DNA of 64,000 nt from the human T2T-CHM13v2.0 reference genome, Homo sapiens (GCA_009914755.4 CP086569.2:4448001-4512000); one strand, 5' to 3'. Positions 1 to 13,932 are shown, numbered from the stretch's first letter. The notes: a model not told the origin generated them from the letters alone. A program made the numbers and translations.

Positions 1-1926
1 AAAATAAATTTCTTCAGATCTAAGATTTATAAGGTCATCCTTTTCCCAAAATGTACCAATTTATGTTTTCAAAAAGATATCATTATTCTAATATTCAGTA
101 ACTTTGCAATGAATGTTGATCTATCATAAACACTATTACATATACTTGCTATTTCATAAGTATTTCATCTCAGAAGCCTGCTGTGCTTTTCTGGTCTTCT
201 AATTAATCAGCTTTTCCCACCTTGTGATTGTCTAATTTTCACTTAATTGCTTTACAGTAATAAAGTTTATCTTGCATTCTTCTCCCATCAGGGTGAGACT
301 TTTTAAAATGCAACAAATCTTCAACCTGTAGAGCTGAAGATGATACATTATATTAGGATGGTTTCTCTTCCTCTGAGATTTAGAAAATTACATTTTCAAC
401 TGAAGGTTGAAAAGATTATTATGAGCCACCTATAGCCAGTTGTTCATCACTTATTGAATGTCATAAATAAACAATTTTTGGAAAAGAACATTTTTCAAGG
501 AAAAGAAGGCAATATGAAACAATATTATACCAAATCTATTTCCTTTTTATTGACTGTTGATATGAGATCTCTTTCATACTCACAGTTTCACGAACTTATT
601 TTCTAAAACTTATTTTGCTACTTCTACAACTCATTGGCAAATGCTCAAACATTAATTTGAGCTACTGATTAAATAATACAATAACTAAAGAAATCTCATG
701 TTTATTTTTATTATGCTCATCCTTTTCTTTAATAAGAATCTATACATTAGCTGCACATTTACAGTCATGACAAAACTTCTTTTATGTTTGATACCATATA
801 CACTACTGTAATAATTTGCATATTAAGCATAAAGCTGTAGCAATCATGTAAATTAATATATACCTTTTAATATAGTCACCATTTAGACTCGGAACAATTA
901 TTTAGACCTCATTTTTATATCCTGGTTTTACTGTATCTAAAAACAATAAAGCAGTGGAGCCTTAAAGATAAAGCCTCTGCATATAAAAGCTTTGTTCTTA
1001 AAGGACCTAGCTCAATTCTGCTATCAGAATGAAGAAAGTCGGTAAGACTACTCCCTTCACCAAACTTTTCAATAACATTAATGTCTATAACAGAAACCAC
1101 TAATCATTTTTCTTACAGGTCACTCAAGAATATTACAAATTTTCAGTCTGTGATCTTTGTGAATTTAATGTTAGTTTATCTGGTTTGAAAAGCCAATATG
1201 AAGATGGATCAATAATCACTCAGCTATGTAACTGTTATTTGCCTCTCAACATTTGAGGTAAAATATAAAAACAGAACTGCTCTATTCTGAGCTTCCAAAT
1301 TTGTAAATTCTCTATTGTATACACCTAGATGAAATTTGAAGAAAATTTGTTTCTTTTACCTTCAAATATGATTAATTAATTCCAGTAAGTGCTTAATGCC
1401 TTTAAACAATACTTAGCACAGCTGCCTGTGGAACTCAGTATTTAGTTTTTGTTAATGGGGTAATCAGTTGTGACAGACCAATGATATCACAAGATGGGTA
1501 CACTTTTGATTTTATGTAGTCAATATTGCCATTGAGGTTTAAGAGATTCTTTTGTTTAAAAAATGACAACATAAAATTACGTACTGCCTTTTAAATAGTT
1601 AGAAACTTAATTATAATCACTAGCTGTATGATTTTAACATAAAATGACAAAATGTTTTAGGTTTGATTTGTAAAATCTGTACTTCTAATATAACCTCCAT
1701 TATTCCCAAACATTGTTGTTACTGGAGCTTCATGTGGCTACAAAACTGCCAACAAGAGTGTCTCTAATGAGTACTACAATTGCAAAACGCCATAAGCATC
1801 CCAGTCTTGGTTTCATAAAAGAGATGATGAGTTATCTCATGAATACCGTTATGCCACAAAAAACAAGGAAACTTTGCTGTCATGGTGTTTTCTTGATACT
1901 AAAACTCAGTGTAGTGAATTAGATGA

Positions 1927-4900
1927 CTACATGAGCAACATTTGGAACTTTTTTATCCATTCATCTGTTGATGAACACTTAGGTTGCTTCCAAATCTTAG
2001 CTACTGTTAACAGTGTTGCAACAAACATGGGAATGCAGATATCACTTTGATATACTGAATTCCTTTCTTTGGCGTATATACTCAGCAGTGGGATTGCTGA
2101 ATCAGAGTAGTTCAATTTTTAGGTTATTCAGAAACTTCCAAACTGTTCTCTAGAGTGGTTTTACTAATTCCTATTCCCATCTATGGTGTATAAGGGTTCC
2201 TTTTTCTCCACATCCTTGCCAGTATTTGTTTTTGCCTGTCTTTTGGATATACGCCATTTTAACGGAGCGAGATGATATCTCTCTTATTGTAGTTGTGATT
2301 TGCGTTTCTGTGATGATCAATGATGTTTAGCACCTTTTCATATGCTTGTTTGCAATTTGCATGTCTTCTTTTGAGAAATGTCTATTCAAATATTTTGTAC
2401 ACTTTTTTGATCAGATTATATTTTTTTCCCTCTACAGTTGTTTGAGCTACTTATATATTCTGGTTATTAATCTCTTCTCAGATGGGTAGTTTGCAAATGT
2501 TTTCTCCCATTCTGTGGGTTGCCTGTTCACTTTCTTGATTGTATATTTTGCTGCGAAGAAGCTTTTTAACTTAATGTAATCCCATTTGTTCATTTTTGCG
2601 TTGGTTGACTGTGCTTGTGGGGTACTGCTCAGGAAATTTTTGCCCAGACCAATGTCCTGAAGAGTTTCCCCAATGTTTCCTTGCAGTAGTTTCATGGTTT
2701 GAGGTTTTAGATTTAAACCTTTAATTCATTTTGATTTGATTTCTATATATGGGGAGAGAGAGGGGTTGTGAACCCCAAATAAATGAGACTGGTCTCAGTC
2801 AATTTAGGAAGTTTATTTTGCCAAAGTTAAGGATGCACACCAATTACACAGCCTCAGGAGGTCCTGACCACATGTGCCCAAGGTGGTCCGAGCACAGCTT
2901 GGTTTTATACATTTCAGGGAGACATGAGACATTAATCAATATATGTAAGATGAAACATTCATTTGGTGCAGAAAGGCAGGACGACTCAAAGCAAAGGCAT
3001 TACTACTTGAAGTTGAGAGGGGGCTTTCAGGTCATAGGTAGATAAGAGACAAATGGTTACATTATTTTGAGTTTCTGATTAAGCTTTCCAAAGAAGGCAA
3101 TCAGATATGCATTTGTCTCAGTGAGCAGAGGGATGACTTTGAATAGAATGGAAGGCAGGTTTACCCTAAGCATTTCCCAGCTTGACTTTTTTCCTTTAGC
3201 TTAGTGATTTGGGGGTCCAAAGATTTATTTTCCTTTCACAGGGTCTAGTTTCATTCTTTTCATATGGATATCAAGTTTCCCCAGCATCATTTGTTGAAGA
3301 GACAATTTTTTCCCCAGTGTATGTTCTTGGCATCTTTGTCAAAAATCAATTCATTGTAGCTGTGCGAATTTGCTTCTGAATTCTCTATTCTGTTCCATTG
3401 ATCTATGTGTCTGCTTTTTTGCCAGCATGCTGTTTTGGTTACCATGGCTCTGTAGTAAAATTTGAAGTCAGACAATGTGACTTGTCCAGTTTTGTTCCTT
3501 TTGCTCAGGATAGCATATACTATTCTGGGTCTTTGGTGGTTCCATATACATTTCACGGTTTTTTTTTTTCTATTTCTGCAAAGAATGTCATTGGTATTTT
3601 GACAGGGATTTCATTGAATCTGTAGATTGCTTTGGGAAATAAGGACATTTTAACAATATTGATTCTTCCAACCCATGAACATAAAATATTTTTTCATTTT
3701 TTGGGGTCCTCTTCAATTTCTTTCATCAATGTTTTATAATTTTCATTATAGAGATCTTTCACTTGTTTGGGTAAGTTAATTTCTAAGTATTTTATTGTAT
3801 GCGTGGCTACTGTAAATTGGATAACTTTTAAATTCCCTTTCACATGTTCACTGTTGGCATATAGAAATGCTACTGATTTTTGTGTGTTGATTTTGTGTTC
3901 TGCAACATTACTGATTTTTAAAATCAGCTCTAATAATTTTTGTGGAGTCTTTAGGTTTTTCTAAATATAAGATCATATAATCAGCAAGCAAGGATAACTT
4001 GACTTCTTCCTTTTCAATTTGGATGTCCTTTATGTCTTTCTCTTGTCTGATTCTTCTAGCTAGGCTTTCTGGTACTATGTTGAATAACGGTAGTGACAGT
4101 GCACATACTTGTGCTGCTTCAGATCTTAGAGAAAAGGCTTTCCATTTCTTTTTTCCTATTCAGTATGATACTAGCTGTGGGTCTGTCATACATGGCTTTC
4201 ATTATGTTGAAGTATGTTCCTTCTACACCCAGTTTTTTTTAAGGATTTTATCATGAATGAATATTAAACATTAGCTAATGCTTTTTCACCATCAATTAAG
4301 ATACTCATGTGGTTTTGTTTTCAGTTCTGTTCATGTGATGTATCACATTGATTGATTTGCATATGTTGAACCATCCTTGCATCCAAGGGATAAATCCCAC
4401 TTGGTCATGTTGAATGATCTTTCTAATGTATTGTTGAATTTAGTTTGATAGGATTTCGTTGAGGATTTTTGTATAAATATTTATCAGAGATATTGGCCTA
4501 TAGGATATTGGTCTATAGTATTTTTTTTTTAATGTGTCTTTGTCATGTTTTTGTTTCTGGGTAATACTGGACTCTTGAAATGAATTTGGAAGAATTCATT
4601 TCTTCTCTGTTTCTCAGAATAGTTTTAATAGGAGAATAGGATTTACATTACTTCTTTAAAAGTTTGGTAGAATTCAGCAGTAAAGCCATCAGTGTGCAGG
4701 ACTTTTTTTTTTCTGGAAGAGTCCTTATTATGGCTTCAATCTCATTACTTGTTATTGGTCTGTTCATGTTTTAGAGTTGTTTCTGGTTCAATCTTGGCAG
4801 GTTGAACCAGAATCTGTCCATTTCTTCTGGATTTTTAAAATTTATTGGCATATAGGTACTCATAGTTGTCACTAATAATCCTTTGAATTTCTGCAATGTC

Positions 4901-7900
4901 AGGTGTAATGCCTCCTTTTTCATTTCTGATTTTATTTATTGTAGCTTCTCTCTTTTTCTTATTTAGTCTGGATAAAGTTTTGTCAATTTTGTTTAAATTT
5001 TCAAAGAAACAACTTTTTGTTTCATTAATTTCTATATTTATTTCAATTTTATTTATTTCTGCTCTAATCTTTATTATTTCTTTTCTTCTGCTAATTTTGG
5101 ATTTGATTTACTCTTGCTTTTCTAGATTGATAATATGCATTATTAGATTGTTTATTTGAAGTTTTTTCTCTTTTTTTGACGTAGGCACTTACACCCCTTA
5201 GTTTTCCTCTCAGCACTGCTTTTGCTGTATCTGATAGGTTTTGGTATGTTGTATTTTCATTATCAGTTGTTTCAAGAAAAACTTCAATTTCTTTCTTAAT
5301 TTCTTTATTGACTCACTGGTCATTCGGTAGCATATTTTTTAATTTCCATGTAATTTCCATGTATAGTTTCCAAAATTTTTCTTGTTATTAATTTCTAGTT
5401 TTATTCTATCGTGGTCAGAGAAGATGCTTTAGATTATTTCTTTTTTTAATGTTTCAGGAATTCTTTTGTGACCTAACATATTGTCTATTCTTGAGAATTA
5501 TCCATGTGCTGAGAAAAAGAATGTGTATTTTGCAGCTCTTCAATGAAATGTTCTGTAAATATCTATTAAATCCATTTAGTTCATAGCGCGGATTAAGTCT
5601 GATGGGTTTTTTTGTTGATTTTCTGTCTGGAAGAGCTGTCCAATGCTGGAAGTGAACAATAAGTAATAATGAGGTGTTGAAGTCTCCAGCTATAATTGTA
5701 TAAGGGCCTATCTCTCTCTTTAGCTTTAAAAATATTCGCTTTATACATCTGTGTGCTCCAGTGTTGGGTGCATATATATTTCAAATTATTATATCCTCTT
5801 GCTGAATGGACCTCTTTGTCATTATATGATGACCTTCCTTTTCTCTTCTTATAGTTTTCATCTTGAAATCTATGTTGTCTGATATACATATTGTGACTCC
5901 TGCCCTTTTTTGATTTCCATTGGCATGGAATATTTTTTCTTTTCCTTTATTTTTAGTCTATGTGTGTCTTTATGATTGAAGTGTGTTTCTTATAGGCAAC
6001 AGATCAATTGGCCTTGTTTTTCCATGCATTCAGGCAGAGTTCAGTGCATTTACATTTAATGTTATTATTGATAAGTAAGAGCTTACTCCTGACATTTTTT
6101 AATTTTTATTTTTTCTGGTGGTTTTGTGATCTTCTCTTTCTTCTTTCTTTCCTCCCTGTCTTCCACTAGTGAGGATCATTTTCTCTGATGATATGATTTA
6201 CTTACTTGCTTTTTAACTTTTGTGTGCCTATTTTATATTTTTAGGTTGAGGTTACCATGAGGCTTTCAAATACTGTATTATAACCCATTATTTTATCCTG
6301 ATAAAAGCCCAACACTATTCACATAAAGAAACAAACAAAAAATTAAAAAAGAAAACTAATAAAATCTCACCTTAACTTTATCTTCCTGCTTTTTAACTTT
6401 TTGTTCTTTCTATTTGTGTATTATTTTTCTGCCTATGTCTTGAAAAGTTGTTGGAGCTATTATTTTTGATTGGTTCATTATTTAGTATTTCTAGTTAGGA
6501 TTAGAGCAGTTTACTCAACCAAAGTTACGGTGTTATAATATTCTGTTTTTCTGTGTACATACTATTACCAGTAAGTTTTGTACCTTTAATTGATTACTTA
6601 TTGTTCATTAATGTCCTATTCTTTCTAATTGAAGTGTTCCCTTTAGCATTGCTTTTAGGACAGGTCTGGTATTGATGAATTTCCTCAGCTTTCATTTGTC
6701 TAAGAAAACCTTTATTTCTTCTTCATGTTGGAAGGGTAGTTTTGCTGGGTATACTATTCTAGAATTAAAGTTTTTTTGTTTGTTTGTTTTTGTTTGTTTT
6801 TCTTCAGTACTTTAAATATGTCATGCCATTCTCTCCTGGCCCATAAGGTTTCCACTAAAAAGTCTGCTTCCAGACATATTGGAGCTCCACCACCACCCCT
6901 GGACATAAGGAATACTGCAAGACTACCACAGATGTTTAGTTAAGGCCCAGGGTCACTTTAGTCAGCTTGTGGTGAATGCTCCGTGGCCTGGGACTCACCC
7001 TTTAATGCAGTGGTTTCCCTTCTGTCCCAGGGCTGGTCCTGAAATGCCATCCAAGAGTCAAGTCCTGGAATCAGGGACTCCAAGAGCCCACTTGGTGTTC
7101 TACCTACCTGTTGTGTTGTTGGTACCTAGGATATAAGACAAAGTCCCCTTTACTTTTCTCTCAGTTTTTCTCAAGCAGAAAGAGTTTTGCCCCCTAACCA
7201 CCTCAGCTAATAATGTGCTAAGTTTCTCCTGGGAGCCAGCACATCTCAGAGACTCACCAAGGCCCTCACTATAGTACCAGGTATTGCTGTTGGTTTTTCA
7301 GGGCCCAAGGCTGTTCACTTAGGAGGCAATGAATGCTGACAGGACTGGGTTCTTTTCTTCAAAGCAACCGGTTCCCTTCTGGCCCAAGGCGTGTATAAAT
7401 ATGTCACCTAGGAGCTAGGGCCTGGGATAGGGGAACTCATGACTCAGGTTGGTACCCTATCCTACTGTGTTTGGGCTGCTATCCAAGATGCGAGACAAAG
7501 TCTCCCCACTCTTCCCTCTCCTCTCCTCAAAAGAAAGGAAGGTGTCTCTTTTGGAGCCATGATCTGTGCACTTTGGAGTTAGGTGATAGGAGCACTCCTT
7601 TTGCTTCCCTAGCTGGTGTCTCAGTATGTTGTGTGCCTCTGCAGTCTACTGTCTCTGTGGCCACTTCAGTCTTAGGACTCACCTGAGATTTGAAGTCTTT
7701 GTGGCCTAGACTGCCTTTCAAGTTTACTTAGAGACTGAGAGCACTTTGCCCTTCATGGTGAGGTTTGCAGACACTCAAGTTCAGATCACTGAGGTTGGTG
7801 ATTCCCATCTGGCTAGGGCTGGTTTAAATGCTCCCTGTGTGGGTGGTCATCAGCTAAGTTTGGTGTGATTTTCCTTTCTGTTCTAACAGAACAATACTGT

Positions 7901-8170
7901 GTTCAATGCCTCACAATTGCTGTGTTCTTCTTCCCCCAGCACCCAGAGAAGCTCTCTGCACCATGCCCCCAAGCCTGGGGTGGGGGAGGGGTGGCACCAG
8001 CGATTCTGGACGTTTTTTTCTATCACTTCAGTGCCTCTTCCAGCAATATGAATTTAATACCAGATACCTAATTTTTGGTTCTTATACAGATTTTTCTTTT
8101 GTTAACTTGGTGTCTTTGCTGGGGCAATGATTAGTGGAGCTTTCTATTCTGCCATCTTGCTTTGCCTCTC
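1927..8170 (-). mobile_element. Near full-length LINE-1 (older L1PA/L1PB-like) on the minus strand. Its 5' terminus is at ~8170. The 3' boundary is uncertain: the ORF2 C-terminus reaches ~1927 and a degraded 3'UTR may extend to ~1560.
   Basis: The reverse complement of 8136-8170 (gagaggcaaagcaagatggcagaatagaaagctcc) matches the canonical L1 5' start GGGAGGAGCCAAGATGGCCGAATAGGAACAGCTCC. Minus-strand ORF fragments occur in the correct 5'->3' order. The EN domain is at 5593-5889 (...ALDSSSRQKINKKT...). The post-RT region is at 3287-3556 (...[32 protein letters not shown]...). The C-terminus is at 2447-2695 (...[27 protein letters not shown]) and 1927-2115 (...AIPLLSIYAKE...STDEWIKK). There are many stops and frameshifts, so the element is not coding-competent. 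Confidence 0.8.
2749..3256 (-). mobile_element. Solo LTR (ERV-class, family not recognised) nested inside the minus-strand L1.
   Basis: A ~0.5 kb block interrupts otherwise colinear L1 ORF2-antisense sequence. Read on the minus strand it begins TG and ends CA, and contains a TATA-like tataaaacc followed by an aataaacttcc polyA signal. It is flanked by a short atatgg / catatgg duplication. Confidence 0.4.
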
Positions 8171-9600
8171 TTTTTTTTTTCTTTTAGAAACAGGTAAATA
8201 CAACTGTTTAAGCATTATCATTAATATATAATGTTAAATTTTAAAATATATTATTTTTGTTCTACTACTTTGCTGGGGCAATGGAGCCAATGGAGAGAAA
8301 GATAACAAAATTTGTTTCTTAAAAACATATAAAAAGCCATTTCTCCCAATGTGAGAGATACTAATATGTACTCACCAAACCCATTACTTTCTCCTAATCA
8401 CACAGTTCTACTACATTTTTCAGGCTTCCTTGCTTAAGTGAGATTTTGTGTCTGATTTCTGAACAATAGAATTTAGGAGGAAGTGTTGGGCAATACTTCC
8501 AAGGCTATCCCATAAAAAAATTTCTACTGGGATTTCCCATGCTGCTGTCAGCAATGACTTCAGTAGTTATATGTTGAATATAGAGGAGCCACAAAATGAA
8601 AGGAGCCTGGATTACTGAATCACCACTTGGATGAGAGCTCCCAGCTAATTGGTAACCTATGTTTTTCACTTTATATAAATGTTAAACCACTCATATTTGA
8701 GGATTTATTTGTTACAATAGCTACTATAACTTTATTTAACAGAAATTCATTCTTTGAAACAAAAAATACCTGCCATAGCAGAAACCTAAAATACATGTAT
8801 AAGTTTAATGGTCATGCAGTGAGCAGAAAGGTAACTGACTTGGAGGCTGAAAATATGAAGGCCCATTATACGCAGTGGCAAAACATTTATTAACACTCTT
8901 GCCTGCTATAAATTGGAAGGAAAACCATATGCCCACTGAATATGCAGCTCCAAAGAGTCAGAGTCAGGGTAATAGTATATCCTGTTCTGATGTTCTGCAT
9001 TGAGAAAGTATTCAAAGAGATTAATTAGAAAAATATTTGGCTAGTTTGCAAGCAAAAATGAACCTGTCTACTTCTAGATCTGCATAAAGCAAAATTCTGG
9101 AAGTTCTTTCTATGCCATGAAAGATATATTAGAAAGACTTTGGCCTCTCCATCAATCTACAAAAGTCAGAAGAAAATTGGTCTCAGAGTCTAATTTGATT
9201 AATAAAAATAAATAATTTTAATTAACAATGATGTATTGTGACCAGTAGTGGATTCCAACTGAAGACTTAATCTCTAAATTTAAGAAAGTTAAAATCCATT
9301 TGAGTAGGGGAAAAAAAAGAATAAAAGCACAATTTAAAAGTAACTACAAACAAGTTAGTTCGATCTAGATAATTATATATTACAGTGCAAGTGGGTCCTC
9401 TAAATGATGGTTAGGGATGAGCAAATTAATAAATTATGTGGTTTTTAGGGTAGTAAGAAACAAAAAGCAATAAATCAATAATTACAGGATTAATGTAAGT
9501 TGTATAATACACACTGAGAGATTCAGGGAAAGGGCATGTAAAACAAGAGATAAATTTATCGCAAAAGTGGGTTTTAGTCCAAGTGTTTAAGAAGATGTGA

Positions 9601-12537
9601 GTAGAGTGGCCAAACGGGCTGACTAGAAGCAGCTAAATGGCATGGCTCTCACGGAAAGGAATGGAAGGGGTGAGTAAATACAACACCTTCAACTGAAACA
9701 TTCAGGTACTTACATTGGGTCTAATCTTGGAAACAACGTGACCCACGGAGACAGAGAAAAGCAAGGCAGGACACCGGCTCATGCAGGAGCAACACAGAGC
9801 CAAGGGAAGCTCCACTGCACAGAGAAGCAGTGAGTGAATGTGCCACTCTGGGAACCCATGCTGCTCCCACAGATTTTTGAAACCCTCAGGTCAGGAGGAT
9901 CCCTCATGAATCTGCTCCACTAAGGGCCTTCAGTCTGACGCATAAACATGTGTCAGGAGCTATGTGGAGTCTCAGCAGAGCAGCCACTCAGGCATACGCA
10001 GAGACCCAGGAGTTTAGATACTCCAGCTTTTCAGGGAAACCAGCAAAAGTAGCTGCAACTCCAGAAAAGTGGGTGGTTAGACTCCTGTACCTACCACTAG
10101 GAAAGATGTTGAATCCAGAGGGCAGAGCAATAATGGCCTACAGGCCCCGCTTCCACAGCTCCTCACAGGATAAGACCCACTGGCTTGGAATTCCAGCCAG
10201 CAACAAGTAGCAGCATTGCGCCTCCCTGGGTTTGAGCTCCCAGAGAGAGGGGTGGGCTGTAACTTTTGCTGTTTTGGTAACTAGCTGTTCCAGCCTTTGG
10301 GCTTTGGAAAGCCCAAGCTGACCAGGGATGGAAGCAGTACCCCAGCACAGCACAGCTTCCCTACAAAAACATGTCCAGACTGCTTTTTGAGTGGGTCCCC
10401 AATCCCATTCCTCATCACTGGGTAAAGTATCCCAATCAGGGTCTCCAGCTACTCCTACTGGTGTTCTCCAGCTGATAGAGGTTTCAGGTCTCCCTGGAAT
10501 GGAGCTCCCAGGGAAAGGGGTGGGCCGCCATCTTTGCTATTTGGGCTAGTTATTCCAGCCTTCAGGTTTCAGAGTATCCAAGGTGACCAGAGACTGAAAT
10601 GGACATCCAGCACAGCACAGCTGCTCTACAAAAACGTGGCCAGACTACTTTTATATGTGGGTCCTCAATCCCATTTCTCCTGACTGGGTGAGACCTTCCA
10701 ATTTTGGTCTTCAGCCACCTCTTACAGGTGCATGTGGGTGAGCAACAGGCCTGTACCTCCCTGGGACAGAGGTCCTAGAGGGAGGAGCAGACTGCCATCT
10801 TTGTTGTTTTGCAAGCCTTCACTGTGATACCTCCAGGTACTGGAAAATCTGAGGTGACTAAGCACTGGAGCAGATCCCCAGCATTCTGCAACAGCCCTAC
10901 AGAAAATTGGCCAGACTGTTACATGGGTACTTGTTCCCATATCTTCTCACCAGTCAGGTCCTCTAGCCACCCCTTACCAGAGCTATTCAGCCAGTATCAA
11001 CTCAGCAACTCCCTGGACAGAGCCTCCAGGGGCAACTGAAAGCCTCTTTGCCACTGCATCTAACACGAAGCCATCCTTGCTACCCTCTCACTAACAAAGG
11101 AGCAAGCACCCTTTGTGCCTCATTCACACTTCCAACAAGCTGCAGTCAACCCAAGGAAAGGAGGCCACTACATCTCCCATGGGTCCCCCACACATCTCAT
11201 TGCTTACTGCCACACAGGGAACCCCTGGTTTAGGCCCACAGCACAGACCCTCCATTCTGGGCTGATTGTACTGAGCAATTACTGAACAACATCTCTCTGG
11301 GGTGGGGCCCCCAGGAGATAAGTAAATTGGTGTAGCAGCAAGCCAGATGATATGGAGCCCAGAGGGTTTTGTGCAGGTGTGTCTGTAGCCAACCCTCTAG
11401 ACTTAACTTGCTCCCATAAGAGACTTTATGCCTAGGGGAATTATCAGACCTGATTTCTGCAGGGTGGTCTTGCACATCAGATAGGGCTAGTCCAACCTGA
11501 ACACTCCTTGGTCTGCTGGCCTCTTCTGGGACACCAGCCTAGCCATACCTGCTTACAGGGCAGTCTCACATGCCCCGGGGGCCCACACCATAGCTTTTCA
11601 GACAGTGGACAGTATGTGATCAATGGAGGGCTCCAGCAAGGCAGCCCCTATGTCCACGCACCAGCTGGCACATTCCCTCCCCATACTGCAGCTTCCTCTG
11701 AGCCCACGGAAACTCCCCATATTACTTTGCTGATGCATGTCTGCACAGGCATGTTTTGCTTTACTTGCCCTGCAACCACACGGGAGTACAGTGTGTCCTC
11801 TGACCCCTGCTCACTGCCATTGCAGACAGAGCTTTGACAGGCATAGAACCAGCAAGCTCCACCATGCCAGCACCCTGCTTTTGCACTAATGCTGCATGGA
11901 GAACGAGAGATCCTTCTGCATCCTAAGCAATCACTCCTGCTTGCAGGACACAGAGAAGGCACCCAGATCTGCACTGGCCAGCACCCCACCCCAAACCAAC
12001 ACCACCACCACCTTCAGTTCAACAGTGCACACAACCTCCAGCAGAGTCCTCCTGCTCCCTACCAACTGCCTTGCTTCCACCACTGTGGTGAACACTCACA
12101 GGGAGGCAGGCACCACTGCATTCCCTAGCACTTGGATGTAGCTGCAGCACCTCATTTCCCACCCCCAGCACAGTAGACTCCAAACCTTAAGGAGTCAGAG
12201 AACAAAGTGGGGGTTCAAGAAAAGTCTCTCAGAGTTAGAGCACATAGTCCAGGAGTTGGGAGCTGAACACTGGCCTGTGAAAATTGTCCAGAAATGAAGC
12301 CAGTTAGCTGAATCCACCTTAAACCACAATCAAATGCTCAAGGTCATCAAACAGAATAAAAGGAAAAAAAAAGTCCATCCAAAGGTCAGCAACCTCAAAG
12401 ATTGAAGGTAGATTAGACCACAAAGATGAGGAAGAATCAGCACCAGAATGCTGAAAATTCAAAAAGCGAGAGTACCTTCTTTCCTTCAAATATCTGCATC
12501 ACCTCTCTAGCAAGGTCAGTGACCAACAGAGGCTGAG
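9601..12537 (+). promoter_or_regulatory. 5'UTR of the plus-strand L1, i.e. the region that in active L1s holds the internal sense promoter and the antisense promoter. It is ~2.9 kb because of tandem duplication, and its activity here is unknown and probably decayed.
   Basis: It lies between the L1 5' terminus (9601) and the ORF1 ATG (12538). The ORF1 start region at ~12395-12445 (cctcaaagattgaaggtagattagaccacaaagatgagg) resembles the L1 5'UTR/ORF1 junction. Confidence 0.4.
10221..11060 (+). repeat. Tandem array of ~3.2 copies of a ~255-270 bp unit inside the L1 5'UTR.
   Basis: Units begin near 10221 (cctccctgggtttgagctcccagagagaggggtgggctg), 10490 (ctccctggaatggagctcccagggaaaggggtgggccg), 10757 (cctccctgggacagaggtcctagagggaggagcag) and 11011 (ccctggacagagcctccagggg). 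Each unit repeats the motifs ...cagcacagcacagc...ctacaaaaac.tg.ccagact...aatcccatt.ctc. Confidence 0.7.
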
Positions 12538-12841
12538 ATGACTGAAATGACAGAAGTAGAATTCAAAATATGGACAGAAATGAAGTTCACTGAGCTACAG
12601 GAGTACATTGTAACCCAACACAAGGAAGTTAAAAATCATGATAAAGTATTGCAGGAGCTGAGAGAAAAAATAACCAGTATAGAGAAAGTAACTGACCTGA
12701 TAGAGCTGAAAATTACACTGCAAGAATTTAATAATGCAATGATAAGTATTAATAGCAGAGTAGAACAAGCAGAGGAAAGAATTTCAGAGCTTGAGGACTG
12801 CCTTTCTGAAATAAGACAGTCAGACAAGAATAGAGAAAAAA
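12538..12841 (+). pseudogene. L1 ORF1p N-terminal coiled-coil fragment, truncated by an Alu insertion. The track ORF 12538-12903 reads through into the Alu.
   Basis: [101 protein letters not shown] matches the ORF1p coiled-coil region. ORF1 resumes after the Alu at ~13156 (FQPRILYLVKLSFISEEEISFSDKQMLK), which skips about 150 codons. Confidence 0.85.
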
Positions 12842-13155
12842 GCATGGTGGCTCGCACCTGTAATCCCAGTACTTTGGGAGGCCAAGGCAGGTGGATGATT
12901 TGAAGCCAGGAGTTTGAGATCAGCCTGACCAACATGGCGAGACCCTATCTATACTAAAAATACAAAAATTAGCCAGGCGTGGTGGTGCATGCCTGTAATC
13001 TCAGCTACTTGGAAGGCTGAAGAACGAGAATTGCTGAAACTCAGGAGGCAGACGTTGCTGTGAGCTGGGAAGCACCACTGCACTCTAGCCTGGGTGACAG
13101 AGTGAGATGCTGTCTCAAAGAAAAAGGAAAAGAAAAGAGAAAAAGAAAAAAAAGA
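12842..13155 (+). mobile_element. Alu (AluS-like, slightly 5'-truncated) with an A-rich tail, inserted into L1 ORF1.
   Basis: gcatggtggctcgcacctgtaatcccagtactttgggaggccaaggcaggtggatgatttgaagccaggagtttgagatcagcctgaccaacatggcgagaccctatctatactaaaaatacaaaaattagccaggcgtggtggtgcatgcctgtaatctcagctacttgg...ctctagcctgggtgacagagtgagatgctgtctcaaagaaaaagg. Confidence 0.9.
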
Positions 13156-13928
13156 AATTCCAACCAGAATTTTATATCTGGTAAAACTAAGCTTTATAAG
13201 TGAAGAAGAAATATCCTTTTCAGACAAACAAATGCTGAAGTAATTTGTTACCACCAGACTTGACTTACAAGAAGTCCTAAAGGAAACACCAAATATGGAA
13301 AGGAAAGACCATCACCAGCCACTACAACACCATACTAAAGTACGCAGACCAGTGACACTATAAAGCAACCACATAAACAAGTCTGCAAAACATCATGATG
13401 ACAGGATCACATCCAAACATATCAATACTAACCTAAAATCTAAATGGACTAAATGCCACACCTAAAAGACACAGAGTGGCAATCTGGATTTAAAAAAAAA
13501 AGATACATTGATATGGTCTTTTCAAGAGACCCATCTCACATTCAATGACACCCATAGTCTCAAAATAAAGGGATGGAGAAGAATCTATCAAGTAAATAGA
13601 AACAGCAAAAACCAGAGGTTGCAATCCTAGTTTCTGACAAAATAGACTTTAAATCAACAATGATCAAAGAAGACAAAGAAGGGCATTATATAATGGTAAA
13701 GGGTTCAATTCAACAAGAAAAGATTAACTACTCTAAATATATATGCAAACAACACAGGAGTACCAAGATTTATAAAGCAAGTTCTTGGAGACTTTAAAAG
13801 AGACTTAAGGCTCCCACACAATAATAGTGGGTGACTTTAACACCCCACAGGCAATATTAGATAGATCATTGAGACAGAAAATTAACAAAGATATTCAAAA
13901 CCTGAACTCAGAACTGGATCAAATGGAC

Positions 13929-13932
<4 letters not shown>

